64,000 nt of DNA from Rebecca billardiae RCC1528 (lineage: Eukaryota; Protista; Haptophyta), in the NCBI GenBank assembly GCA_965240325.2, contig OZ251225.1:992001-1056000 (forward strand). The letters are read 5' to 3'. Below, in pieces: positions 11,016 to 23,529 of this stretch. The notes under the pieces were generated by a model, which did no database searches, was not told the origin of the DNA, and saw only the letters and a list, made by a program, of their open reading frames with translations. Made by a program: the position numbers and the translations under genes. The stretch's first letter is position 1. The number at the start of each line of letters is the position of its first letter.

Positions 11016-12316
11016 TCAGACACCCGCTTGCCCACCCGCCGCGGCGCTTTCGGCCTCGAAGAGCCTGGACTCCGCGATGATGAGGTCCTTGAGCGCGTCA
11101 GCGGACGTGTTGGCTGGCGGCTCGAACAGGCGGCCGATCGAGGCGTTCGCCTGCACGTTCTCGCCCTCGATCACCTCGTCGTGGTACGCGGTCAGGTACG
11201 GGTGGCGCAGCGCCTGCGCAGCGGTGTACCGTTTGGACGGGTCGAACTGTAGCAGGTGCCCCAGCAGGTCGAGCGCCGCGGGGTTCGCCGCCGGGTAGAT
11301 GTCCTGCGCGGGTGCGATGGGTCGAGTGGCACGCCGCTGCCTGTGAGCTCACGCGCGCGCAGGCGCAGCGCCGCGAGCGCAGCAGCAGCCGCACCGATAA
11401 CCTCATCTTGTTCCTCGGCGGCAAGCGTCGGATGTACTGCACGGCGCGCTGGTTCTGCAGCGTATTCAGCTCGCTCTCACTCGGCGTGCCAAGCACCTCG
11501 ATAATGAGCCGGATCTGGTCGAGGTAGTCGCGGCCGGGGAAGAGCGCCTTCCGGCCGAGCATCTCTGCGAGGATGCACCCGGCCGACCACATGTCGACGG
11601 CGGTGGTGTACGTCTCGTTGAGGCACAGCAGCTCGGGCGCGCGATACCAGCGCGTCGTCACGTACATCGTGAGCAGCCGCTGGTCCTCCTCCTCCGTCGC
11701 GTTCGCCACCGCCAGGTGGCGCGCGAGCCCAAAGTCGCAGATCCTGAGCTCGCAGTCCTTGTTGAGCAGGATGTTGTGCGGCTTGAGGTCGCGGTGCACG
11801 ACGCCGGCCATGTGGATGTGGTTGAGGCCGAGGAGCAGCTGGAAGAGGAAGTACTGCACGTGGTCGTCGGACAGCGCCTGGCCCGAGGAGATGACGAAGT
11901 GCAGGTCGCAGTCCATCAGCTCAGTCACGATGTAGATGTCCTTGCCGCCGATGCTCAGGTCCTGCGCGCAGCGCGCACGCGTGCATGCCGAGGCGCGGCG
12001 GGTTGAGGCGCGGCGCGGCGCGGAGGGCAGATGGCGCGGTCTCTCCCAACGCGCAGGCACGTACTCGCAAGCGCAGGATGTTCTCATGGTGGAAGTGCCG
12101 CAGCAGCTGCACCTCGCGCAGGAGCCGCTTCGATGCCATCGCGTCCTCAAAGACGTTGCTGACCTTCTTGATCGCCACAGCGGTCGCACCCTCCTCAGCA
12201 AGGCTGTCGTGCGCCGAGCAGATGATGCCCTGCGCACCCTGCCCCACGACCTCGTGCATCGTATACCGTGCACGCACATCGAACGAGTACGAACCCTTCA
12301 CGACCTGGGGCGGCAT
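11016..12316 (-). CDS. Mitogen-activated protein kinase; exons 12316-12065, 11961-11395, 11303-11016
   Basis: [38 protein letters not shown] and [18 protein letters not shown] join in frame after removing two GT-AG introns. Confidence 0.93.
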
Positions 12317-13338
12317 GACGCGGCCTCCGCTTTACGTCTGCTTGTACTTCCGGGCTCCGGCTGGGTGATAATCGATTTTCGCGCGATTCTGGGTGGATGT
12401 CCGGTAGCTCTGGAGGTGGCTCCCGCCTCCCGGCGTGACCAGCATCCGAGAGCACGATGGGGGCGTTCGCTTTACGCCGCTCATCGGGTGAACTTCGTAG
12501 CACAGTAGTACCTCATTTCCCTGCGAAGTGGCGGGCGCGTGGCCCATCTTGGCGTGGCTGACACGCTTAGCACACGCGTTGGAGAGCTCGTGTTACGGAG
12601 CAACGGACTGTGGATAGGCCATGTAGACACTGTGATCCAGACGACTGCAGCGCACGCCAAATGCCAGCATGCATCCTGAGCTGCCTCCAGAGAGTCTCGG
12701 CATGCGCGGCGTGGCCAGTGTGGGACTTTGGCCGACCTGTGCACCATCTTCAGTCAAGCATCTGCCTTTCCGCTGGCGGGACACAAGCCATGACCGGCGG
12801 TGGAATTGCATCCCTCAATCGGCCCACACGGTCGGGAACGACAGAGAACTGCCACGTGGCGCCGATTGAATTTGCGGCATGCGAGAACGAAACGCCCTGG
12901 CACGTTCGCGGATGGTGCGAGGCCTTTTGATTGTGGCGTCGGAACTGTCCACCGCGTGTCACGCGCATCCAAATGGAACTGACTGCGGCTGTCAGCGGCT
13001 GGTGTGATACACTGCCGGCATTGAGTCATATTGATTGACAAAACGCCAAATAAACCGAAAACGGCGCCGCCAGCGACGCCGGTCCGCCGCGGCCGCGGGT
13101 GACGCACGGTCCGTGCTGTCATTCACTGTCTGTTGATGAATCCGGCGCGGCCACGACGCATGACTCACGAAGCGTACGTTGAAGCCTGTCGGCCTGCTCA
13201 CTCAGTGCCTTGTCTGTGGTGTGCCAGCGCAGCCTTCGGCGATCTGCCCGTATCGTGTAGTCAAACTCGCACGAGACTCCAACTCGTTCCGAAGCGCCGC
13301 CGCACCAGAAGCATGTGTGCACCATCTCAAAACGGCAG

Positions 13339-13815
13339 TCAGCCGCTCGCGTCATCGGGTGCGTCGTTGATCCACGTGGCGCGAACACCCTCGGCGTCCG
13401 TCATCGTGGTCACGACCTGGTCGTCCTGCCTGTGGGCATAGTCCTCGATCGTCCCGAACCCAGGGTGCACCCACGCCAGATGATCCGCAATAAGGTGCTT
13501 TGCGTCGCATCCACTGCAGGTGACGACGACGATACCGTTGTGGTAAGCGTCGCGGTTGATAGACTTCTCGTTGCGCGTTTCGCATAAGCGGCACGTGTAG
13601 TGCAGTCTCATCGAACGCCGGACCACCCCGATCGGCTGAGCTGCCGGCGCCTCGGAGTCCGAGTCGCCCCCACTGCCGTCCGCAGGCGGCAGCGCAAAGC
13701 TTGACATGTGCAGCGCACTGCGTGGTCGAAGTGCCACAGGACACGGCCCTGTCGGCGCACGCGCCATCGGCTGCGCGGCAAACGCCTGCACGCACAGCGC
13801 GAAGGAAAGCATCAT
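13339..13815 (-). CDS. DNL zinc-finger protein (Hep1/Zim17-type Hsp70 escort), probably organelle-targeted
   Basis: YTCRLCETRNEKSINRDAYHNGIVVVTCSGCDAKHLIADHL; hydrophobic N-terminus followed by a transit-like segment. Confidence 0.88.
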   Translation of the reverse strand: MMLSFALCVQAFAAQPMARAPTGPCPVALRPRSALHMSSFALPPADGSGGDSDSEAPAAQPIGVVRRSMRLHYTCRLCETRNEKSINRDAYHNGIVVVTCSGCDAKHLIADHLAWVHPGFGTIEDYAHRQDDQVVTTMTDAEGVRATWINDAPDDASG

Positions 13816-14058
13816 CGTCGAAGCGACACTGTTGCTGACCGCGGACCGCCCGGGCCGGCGGCGGCGCGCGCGGCGAGCTCATGATAACCGGCCGCCAGAT
13901 AAGATACGATTTTATTCAGCGGTTCCTGAGCCAACCGTCGTCACATAATGAACAAGCAGCAGGTCTTCGGCCGTGCCGATTCGGCACAGCCTCCTCAGTC
14001 CTGGGTGCGCCGGAATCTTGAATAACAAACAGCAGGCCGCCGTTACAAACGGCGCAGC

Positions 14059-15115
14059 ATGGCGGAGCATCTCGCCAACCAGTCGGAGGAGCACGCTGTC
14101 GCGCTGAAGATGCTCAAGATGTCGGCCCGCTGGGCCGACATCGAGCACCAGACACGAGACACGCGGCGATATCACAAGTATGCGCCCCTGCGGACCGACT
14201 CCAGCATGCGAGGCTGTCCTGCGCGCGCGCTCTGCACGTCATCACGGCTATATCGTACCACACCCACGGTGCCGCCCATGCAGGAAGATCTTGGATGAAA
14301 TGCGCGTGTACCACTCGGCGTACTCCACGTGCGCCGACATCATGCGGAAGTTCATCGAGCGGCCCACGCTGGTCAATGTCTGGGCCATATCGTGCCCCGG
14401 CTTGCTCAAGTCCAAGTCGCGCGAGCTCGAGCTCCAGGAGCCGGGCACGCCCATGTACCTCACGACGCTCGCGGAGAAGATGAGGATAGACATGCTCTAC
14501 GACGCGGTCGCGCACCTGAAAAACATTGAGAACGACCGGCCCATCCGGGCGAGCGACATCGAGGGCAAGCTGGTCGAGGTGGAGAAGCTCGCGAGCGCAG
14601 AGGCGCGCAAGATCCAGGCGCAGGAGGCCGTCCTCACGCAGGAGCTCTCCGACATTGGCGACGGCAGCGACACCGTCGAGATGTGGGTGGGCTCGCTGAA
14701 GAACGCGCAGGCCACCAAGACGCTCATGCTGCGCGGACAGGGCCTTCACTCCGTGCCGCCCGAGCTCTTCGCGCTGGTCGAGGACATGGAGATTGTCGAC
14801 CTGGGGAACAACCACCTCAAGGAGATCCCCAAGGAGATTGACAAGCTGCACTCCGTGAAGAAGCTCTACCTCGACGACAATGAGCTGCGCACACTCCCCG
14901 TGTCGATGGCAAAGATGCACGAGTACCTGACACTTCTCGCACTCGCGAAGAACCCGCTGGATACGGACATCTTCAACGCGTACCTGGGCGGCTTGCCCTA
15001 CCTCTTCCGCTTCCTGCGCGAGAAGCGACGCGGCCTCCGCACCCGCACCAGCGCGAGCAGGCCGAGCAGCCGCGGCAGGGCCGCAGGGGGCACCCTGAGT
15101 TCTGCTGCAACTTGA
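14059..15115 (+). CDS. Leucine-rich repeat protein; intron at about 14179-14284; start uncertain
   Basis: LxxLxLxxN-type repeats (VDLGNNHLKEIPKEI, LYLDDNELRTLP, LALAKNPL); GC3-rich codons. Confidence 0.8.
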
Positions 15116-15543
15116 CGTGTCACTGAAGCACCATCAGCCAGCGTTCCGGCTCAATGCGCGTGGGCTGCAGCTGCTCCTATGCCGAGGCGGTGCGGCGGCC
15201 CCCGCCGCGCTCGGGCTCAGCGCAGCATGATGAGTCCGGTCATGCGACAAGTGCCTCGTCGTCTGCGCGCGGGTCGTGGCAGGCACGTGGGCTGCGACGC
15301 GCAGGCCTCCTTTAGTCATCATTCAGCTGACGACAAGTCGTCATCATATCTCACTCGTCTCTTGACGGATGCATCATCAGCATGATGCGCGCGCTGTGAC
15401 AATAAGATTATTAGTAATAAATAATATTAATAATATATAACTCACTCGTCGTCACGCACACTATGATGACTACTGTATGATGATGACTATAGAGTATAGC
15501 TACTGCTGTAGTGAAGTAGATCATCTGTGAGAATAATCGATCA

Positions 15544-18500
15544 TCAGTACGGCGACTCCTGGCTCTGCTTCGGCATGCTGAACATGACGGAAAGCAGGCT
15601 CTTGGCATGCGTGCAACGGTTGCGCCGCTGCTCAGCGGCATGCGACGCCATCTCGCGGTCGTGCTCGGCGCGCAGCGTTGCCAGGCGCTGCTCGGCGTTG
15701 TGCTTGCACTCCTCGATCGCGGCGCGTGAGTTGGCGATCACCTTTTCGCGCTGGCCCACGAGGACTTGGAGTGCCTTCTTGTGCTCGCTGAGCAGCGCGT
15801 TGACGGGCCCAAGCCAGGACCTCCCGCTCTCGGGAATCTTCTTCAGGACGGCAGATGCGTGCTCGATGACCTCCGAGCTCGCGGTCGTTACCTTCTCAAC
15901 CCGCGCCTCCAAGTTGGTCGTAGCGAGCTCGTGCCGCCGCTTCACGCCCTCGTCGAGGTTGGCGTCGAGTGCCTCGAGCGCGTCGCGCTTGCGCTTGGCG
16001 GCCTGGCGGCCGGCGATGACGAGCTTCTTGATGCAGCCGGACAGCTGATTGGCAATGTCGACATCGCCGACCATACGCGGCAGATGGTGCATGTCCAGGG
16101 CAGGCTTGCCTGTCGCCGCGAGACCGAGCTCGCTGCGCGCGCCGCTGCCTGACGGCTCATAGATCGGCGGCCGAGCTCCTGCTCGTGCCTTGCGCGCAAA
16201 AGCATCGCGTCCGAACATGCGCGGATCGCCGGCGAACACGTTGGCCGGCGTCTCGAACTCCGCCGCCGACACGCACGCACGGAAGCTTGTCTCGGCGTCG
16301 CCGAGAGAGGCATCCACACGCGCCCCCAAATGGTCGTCGTCACCATCATCGACGAGCATGTTGGCCCGGCCCTCGTCGTCGTCGCGGCCATCCAAGTCGC
16401 CCGGATCCGCACCCGACAGCAGCCCAGGCAGCAGCATGCGCGCGAAGTCCCCGAGCGGCTCCGGCGCGAGGGTCGCGTTGGCTGACGGGTGCGCCGACAT
16501 GGGGCGGCGCTGTCCGGTCAGACGCACGTCGTCTGGCCAGTGCACGCTGCGACCACGTCGCTCCGATGCCTCGTCGGCCTTGGGCTGCGCAGTGCACGCT
16601 GCGCGCTGGCCTCCGGTGTGCTGATCGGCAGGCAGACTGCTTGTGCAGGGAATCGGCGAGAGGGGAGGTGGACGACAGCCACCAGCCGCCGGCACGTCGT
16701 GCGGGACGTTTGAGCGCGCGTCTGCCTGCTGGTCGGGATAGCTCGCCTCGGCCGGGCCGAAGCCGAGCGCCTCGACCTCAGGCTCGGCCATCGCCTTGCC
16801 CTGTCGCTCTGCGGCGGGCTGCGCCCGTGCCGTATTGGCCGATCGGCGCTGCGAGCGCTGCTGCTGCTGCTGCTGCTGCTTCGACTGGAGCGAAGGCGTC
16901 TTGCGCTGCGGCCGCTGGTCTGGCTTGGGCGTCGGCGCGATCGAGCTCTCGTCGGCCTCGACGAAGTCGCTGTCGATCGCCTCGTCGTCAGGCTCGGCCG
17001 TCGCCGCCTGCCCTTGGCGCTCCACCGCGGGCTCTCGTGCCGCTTGGCGTCGCCTCTGCTGCTGTTGCTGCTGCAGCGGCGGCGGCGGCCGCTGCGGCCG
17101 CTTCTCCTTGGGCTGCGGCGGGGGCTCAAAATCGCCCGCCTCGTCGACATCGAGCTCCTCGTCCTCAGCCTCGGCCGTCGCCTTCTGGTGCCGCTCTGCA
17201 GGCTCTACAGTGGGCTGCGCCCGCGCTGCGCTTGGCGTTCGGCGCTGCTGCTGCTGCTTCGACTGCGACAGCGGCGCCTGTTGCTGCGGCTGCTGCTCCG
17301 CCTTGGGCGCGGGTACGACGGTGGGCGACGGACGCTTCGACGCCCGCGCCCGAGGCGTGTGCTCGTCGTGCCCATCGAACGTCTGCTTCAACTCCTCGAA
17401 GTGCGCAAAGCCCGCCCCGCCCACACGCTTGGCGCGCCCGGTGGGCGTCGCGGCGGCTGCCGCCTTGCGCACTGACTCGGGAGTCTTCTTGCGCGACGAG
17501 GGTGGCGCGTGGGCGGCGAGCGGCACGCCAGGCGGCGGAGCCGCGCTGCGATCGAGCTTGGCGTGAGCTCCGGTAGCGAGAGCGGCACCCGCCGCGGTGG
17601 CACCGCCGCCCTTCGCCGCGCTCATCTGCAGCGCGGCCGGCCGCGGCTTGGGCGCGACAGGCTTGGCGGGTGAGGGGTCGATGATGCTGTCTTGCGTGTC
17701 CGCATGCGGCATCGCGGCCGGAGCGGCCGTCGCCTCCGCGCCGGCGTCGGCGCACGGCTGCAGCGGCTTGGGAGCAGCACCGCGATGCGGCACACTCGCG
17801 ATCGGCGGCGAGATCGACGAGGTCTTCCCGTGCGGGCGCGGGCACAGCTTGTCGAAGTAGGAGCGGTGCTGGCGGGGCCAGCGCTGCACCTCGAGCACGC
17901 GCTGCGGGCGCGGCGCGCGGCGCGGTGTGTGCGCGCGGGCGGAGGGGCGCGCGCGTCAGATCGAGATCAAGCTCGTGGACGCGCGGGCGCGCTGAATTCA
18001 CGCGCGCGCACCTCGACGGGCAGCTCCAGCGTGAGCGTGTCCGCGTCGTCCACCTCCGCGTGCAGGTCGAGCATGTCCCCGTCGCGGTTCTCGGCGATGG
18101 CCTCGCGCGCTTTGCGCGTGAGCAAGAACGAGATGCGCACGAGCTTCTCCTCCTTCGACTCGTGCACCTCGGGCTCCGCCTCCAGGTCCTCGGGCGTGAC
18201 GTTGATGTTCTTCTCCTGCGGCGCCCCGGCCGGACGCAGCTCGAAGTGGGTCTTGCCGAAGCGCACAGCCGCCTTGAAGCGCGTCAGGCCTGGAGAGAGC
18301 AGGGCAAGCGCATGCGCATGCGCGCGCGCGCGCGCGCGCGCGCGCTGGCCGTGCCGCGTCACGCGACAGTCTTGGCGAGGCGCGCCGTGCGCCGCACGCG
18401 GGCCTCGCGCGGCTCGCGCGCGCAGACTCGCGGCACCCACCGAGCCCAAAGGCCTCGATCTCCTCGAAGGCGACGATGTTCCCGCTGCTCCTGTTGCTGG

Positions 18501-19191
18501 CTTCCAGCTCCGTCCTGAGCGCCTTGAGGGTGGCCGTGCTCGCGTCCGCGCCAGACGTGAGCGCGATCTGCGCGCCAGCCTTGCACAGAGCGCTCACGAG
18601 GTGCCGCAAGCAGACCTGCTCGGCATGCGCGCGCGTAAGCTTCGCCTTCTGCCAAAGCTCGTTCGCCCTGCTCATGAAGAGCTCGCGCACGCTGGGCGAG
18701 CCACCATTGCCGCACGCCTCCCGACCAAAGCGCATCAGAACGTCGGCGGCAAGAGCGCGCTGCGCGATGCGGTCGCCGTCGGCCGGGGCGCTCGCGTCAG
18801 AGTCAGCCAGCATGACCTCCTCGAGCAGCCAGTCCAAATGGCTCGCCTCGAGGTACTCGCCGTGGCCGCCTTGGGTGTGCGCGAGGATGGCGGCGTCAAA
18901 GAGACGCAGCATCTCGCTGCGAAACATGGCGCTGCCCCGGCACAGGCCGCGACCTGCAGGCGCGAGGTTGCGCATGCTGCTCGTCTGAATGAAGCTGCGC
19001 ACGTCATCCGCCGTCTCGAGGCGTGCGATGACCGCGGCAAGCTTGGTGCAGACGATGTCGCTTTCAGAGCCGCTGAGCGCGGCCGCGAGCTCCTTGGATG
19101 CTTCGGCGAGCGAGGCTGCGCCTTGCACGCGCGCGTTGTCCTTCGCCGTGGTGAGATTCGTGCGAGGCTTCCGCCCGCCCTTCGCCGGCAT
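15544..19191 (-). CDS. Large protein (about 1100 aa): helical N-terminus, beta-rich domain, long disordered linker, C-terminal coiled coil; possible meiotic axis core protein
   Basis: Three exons (19191 to about 18440, about 18289-18012, 17901-15544) join in frame across GT-AG introns; Q/P-rich linker; heptad-like C-terminus. The function is inferred. Confidence 0.7.
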
Positions 19192-20268
19192 GGCCTCGAG
19201 AAGTTGCTGCGCGCTCGCGATGAGAGGGGGGCGCCCGCCGCCACGGGGTGCTCCTCCGCCTTGCGTCGAGAGCAAGGCGCGAAAGCACTTGCCGAGCCAG
19301 CGTTTGGCGCGAAACTCCTTTGGCCGGTCCGGAACCACTGTGGGCGGGGTGCAAAGCAGCCTTTCCGGGTGGTTTCAAGGTCGTCGTTTATTTCCAGGTT
19401 AAGACTCAGTATAGCTAGTCAGTCGTCAGTCACAGTCCTGTCACCTGTGCATGCTCGGTCACGGTGAACGAAGGACCATTCCGCGAACGTGTGCAGTCAG
19501 TCAGTTGATCAGTTCGATCCGATGGAGCAACTTGCTGGATATTGCTGCGACCACGACGGGCGCGCCATTATTCGGGCGCCCGCGCGGGGGCTGTCGGCAG
19601 CCTCGCGCGCGGACCGTGCCTGCAGGCTGCAGCGCCGCCGGCGCCGCCGGCGCCGGGCGCCAGCGCCGCGCCGCCCGTGCGCGGGCGGGCCGGGGGCCGC
19701 GGGGCGCCTCACGGGGCGCCGCGCGCAGGACGTGGCGGCCGCCGGCCGGCGGCCGGCTGCGGCGGCCGGCCCTGGTCACACTCTGACTCTCCGGCTGCCG
19801 CGCGCCGGTGCGGACCGGCGCCGCCGGCGCTGCGGCCCGAGGCCGAGCTCGGGCCGCGTGAGCCGTGCCCGTTCCGATGAGTTAGGCCGACTGTTACTAC
19901 TACTAGTGTTACTGTAGGCGCGCGTGCCGCGTCGGCCGCCCGCGAGCGCCGCCGCCCGGGGGCCGCGCGCGGGCCGCGGCGCCCGGACCGCGTTGCGTGA
20001 CGCGGCCGCCGCGCCCGCGCGCGGAGCCCGCGGCCCGCCTTTTCTGAGGCTCACTAGCTTACTATGATAGATGCAAAACTGAGGGGGTCCTAACGCTGCC
20101 ACGAGAATGGGTGCGCGCACGCACGGCGACGACACCCGACAGCGCCTGCGGCCTCCGGCTCGGCGGGGCGACGCTGTGTTACCAGGCGGCTGGCGGCGAC
20201 GGCGGTCGCGGCACACTCGCCGGTGAACTGAGCTCGTTCAGAAGAAATCGCGGCGGTGCGCAGCGGGC

Positions 20269-20931
20269 TCAGCCGTAGACGCAGGTGCCGTCGTCCACCA
20301 TCGCGTACGACGAGAAGTTGACCGCGAGCGTGTCGGTGCATCCCGTCGCCAAGAGGGCGTCGTCGCTCGCTGCTGCGCGGGATGCCTCGTCGTCAATGCT
20401 GGCGCCCTTCCCATCCCAGAGCAGGCGGCCGAGCCACTCGTCGTTCATGGCGTCTCGCAGCTCGCCCGAGCGCACGACAGCCAGCGTGACGTCACCACTC
20501 GGCGTGCCCTCGTCGCGCCGGCGCTGCACGGTGGACTGGACGTACTGCCACACGTCGACAGCCGGCACATACTCCACGGTTGCCGCCTCGCTCTCGTCGT
20601 CAAAGATCTCCTCGCGCTGTGCGTTGATGAGGAGGCATGCCAGTCCCGCCTCGTCCTCGGTCTCGAAGGCCACGACGTACTCGCGATCAGAGCCTGCGCC
20701 ACGCACCGAGAAGAGCCCTTCCCGCCCCATCGCGCGGAGCACTGGCACGAAGACCGAGCCCATCTCCGACATCTTGCGATGCGACGCGATGCGGTGGGCG
20801 AGCACGTCGGTGTCGAGCTGCGGGTCAGACGGAGAGGCGGACATGACGACGCGGGATGAGCTCACGCTGCTCACCACCGGCCGCGTGAGCGAGGCGGCGT
20901 AGCCGAGGGCAAGGACCGGAAGAACGAGCAT
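20269..20931 (-). CDS. Plastid-targeted DUF3110-like protein with a C-terminal GCTD...DDGTC motif
   Basis: Signal plus transit peptide MLVLPVLALGYAASL...; EGLFSV...VVAFETEDEA...LINAQ resembles cyanobacterial DUF3110. Confidence 0.7.
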   Translation of the reverse strand: MLVLPVLALGYAASLTRPVVSSVSSSRVVMSASPSDPQLDTDVLAHRIASHRKMSEMGSVFVPVLRAMGREGLFSVRGAGSDREYVVAFETEDEAGLACLLINAQREEIFDDESEAATVEYVPAVDVWQYVQSTVQRRRDEGTPSGDVTLAVVRSGELRDAMNDEWLGRLLWDGKGASIDDEASRAAASDDALLATGCTDTLAVNFSSYAMVDDGTCVYG

Positions 20932-21251
20932 TGCGCGCGGAGGTTGGCGGCCACCGGTCGGCAGTGCTGCGTGAGCGTTCGGGTCCAAGGTGGCGAGGGC
21001 GGACGGAGGAAATGGGAGGCCCTCATTGGCTGGGAGCCGCTGATGGTCTGGCTGGGAACGGTTCAGTGTGTGACGAATCACTATCATACATAGTCGTACC
21101 GTACATCATCACGCGAATTCACCCGCTCGTAATTACGCCCGCCATTTGCCCATAGAGAGGGGTATTCTCGGTCCCCATCGTCTTGCACTCAAGTACTCAA
21201 GTAGTCTGTCCCGGTTTGTCGTGAGATCGAGCTGCACCGGCGTCCGCACCG

Positions 21252-22017
21252 ATGTTGGCTACCGTCCTCGCCGTCGCGTGCGCCGTTCGGCCGCCGGTCG
21301 CATGCAGCGCCCGGTCGGCGGCGCGCACGATCGTGCGTATGGGCTACGTGCCCGACGGGCTGTCGCCTGCCGAGTGGGAGCGCATGAAGAAGGCTGAGCG
21401 CGAGAAGAACGCCAACCTCGGTCGCGTGGGCGTCGACTCCAAGCGCTTCAAAAGCCGCTCGATGAAGTCGTTCATGGAGGCGCTCGAGAAGGGCGAGGGC
21501 GGGCACCTCTTCCCGGTGAACCCCCAGAAGGTGAAGACTGGCGAGATCCCGCTCGAGAAGGTGCCCTACATGCAGCGCAAGGGCGGCTCTTGGGACAACT
21601 CGGACGTCCGTGGCGCTAAGAAGATGAAGTGGTTCCAGTCGGACAAGGACTATGCGTACGTGCCGTAGCGCGATCCCCCGTTCGCTCGACGCGCTGCCGC
21701 GCGCACGTGTGCGCTTGCCCCGCGCTGACGCAACGCGCCGCCCCACGCGGATTCGTGCACACGCGCGTTCGCGCCGCAGCGCCGGTGGGTACAAGGAGTA
21801 TCAATCAACCTCCATCCTGGGGAAGGGCGCAGGCTTGCCTTGGACGAGCAACGCGGTCAACAAGATGGACTCTCGTGGCGAATCTAAGGCCACTGCTGAC
21901 ATGAAGAAGCAGTGGGCGCGCATGGGTGTCAAGACCGACAAGAACGGCAACCCCATCCAGTCGTCCGCCAAGCAGGTGGTCAACGAGGGCAAGAAGAAGT
22001 TGTTTGGCCTCTTCTGA
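21252..22017 (+). CDS. Conserved algal plastid protein of unknown function; intron 21656-21779
   Basis: Bipartite presequence; GYVPDG...FKSRSM..F.EALE.GE...PYMQR.GGSWDNSDV, a motif pattern I recall from diatom/haptophyte hypothetical proteins; ends KKKLFGLF. Confidence 0.8.
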
Positions 22018-22781
22018 GGTACCGAGTCGTCGGTACCTCAGACGCGCCAGTCCTGCTGCTCAGACGACTTGCGGGTGGAGCCAGCCATGACGTGGCGACG
22101 GCACCCATGATCTGGCCGAGCAGTGCCACGCAATGGATCGCTCGGCGCGGCCCTGCCAGCGTCCGGCGCCGGACCCGACTCACTCACTGTGACATGTGTC
22201 ATGTACGGCTGCCGGCGCCGGTCACTGGTCTGGTCACTAACTAGACTCGAGTAGTACTTACTGCGCACTGTAACTATCCGGGGCGGCCGCTCATCAATCT
22301 GGCCAGTGAAGTGTAACCCGCACTCTACCCATCGATCCCGGCCCGGCCGCCAATCCGCCCGGGTCGCGGCACTCTGACTCCGTGCGAAGTGCGATGCGGG
22401 CATGCCACGGCGGTCCGCGGTGCCAGTGACTACGGTTCGGCGTCCACCCGAGCGGAGTTGGCGAGACGAAGTTTATGCGGACACTCAGCTTAAATGTACG
22501 ACATCCAGGTGCAGCATCCCTCCCGTGTGGTGTCAGAGCGCGCTCTCGAGCGCGTGCCTCCGAGCGCGGGGCCCGGCCGCTTGCTGCAAAGTGCAATGGC
22601 CGCCTCGATGACGGATGAGGTGCGGCAACGCGCCCCTCACCCGCTGCCTGCGCCGGTCTGTTTTGTCACTGTTTTGTGGCGGTGTCTTTGTGCAGTGTTG
22701 GATGGCGTCAATCACGCCTTGAACCACTAGTGTGCACGTTACTGAAACATAGTAAACTGTCGTACGGACTACGGTGCCAGC

Positions 22782-22945
22782 TACAGTTTATTTGTTTTTT
22801 AAACGTGCGTAAGGCTCACGGTGGCAGGTTGCCGCGCCATCCTTCATCGCACGCTCTCCGAAGAGAGACCTGGAAACTGGGGGTTTGAACCCATGACCTC
22901 AGACGCAAGAGCACGCCAGTACTCCCACTCGGCCACAGACCGACA
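22782..22945 (-). mobile_element. tRNA-derived SINE-like element
   Basis: A box TGGCCGAGTGG (22925-22935) and B box GGTTCAAACCC (22881-22891); no complete cloverleaf; A-rich tail; the 3' half recurs at about 8458-8534. Confidence 0.55.
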
Positions 22946-23529
22946 GAAGCTACACTAGTACTGACACTAGATGAGAGACGCCCTTAATAGGCTGTCTGTA
23001 ACTAGTTACTCAACAATTAATACGATTACTTATATTATATATTTATTTATTTGTAAAAATCCGTAAGAAAGTTAGTCCGACGATATTCATTCCGTATACA
23101 GCACTCTCTGAGTCGACTCTCTGACGTGTACTAAATTACTTTGAATCAGTAATTCAGTTGTGATGATGAGTACGTGAGCCGCCGACCGTGGCAACGGTCC
23201 GGTCACGTACTGTCCTGGCGCTGCGGACGACCCTGCTATTGGCATTGCTAAACTGATATGATTCGGACTGGATGAAGTGTCAATGCCGCTGGTCGGCGCA
23301 AATTATGCTTTGGGGGGCCGTGTTGCCAGCTCGAAGGGAGATCAAGCAGCCACGGAAACCACACCCGCGGCGAAGCGTCGACGCGAAGGTCCTCCAGGTT
23401 GGTAGTAGTGATTCGAGCAGCTGGACAGAACCGGCCGCTGGCATAGTCATAGTCTGCCGCCGCTCAGGTAGCGTCGGCGACAAACAGCAGGGCCTGCTCT
23501 GTGTTTCCAGTGCAGGAGTCCAACTCGCA

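Noticed and set aside
19490-20200. GC-rich ORFs
   Set aside because: Arg/Ala/Pro-rich, with no codon pattern or recognisable domain.
22875-22945. Functional tRNA gene
   Set aside because: A and B boxes are present, but no convincing acceptor or anticodon stems could be folded.
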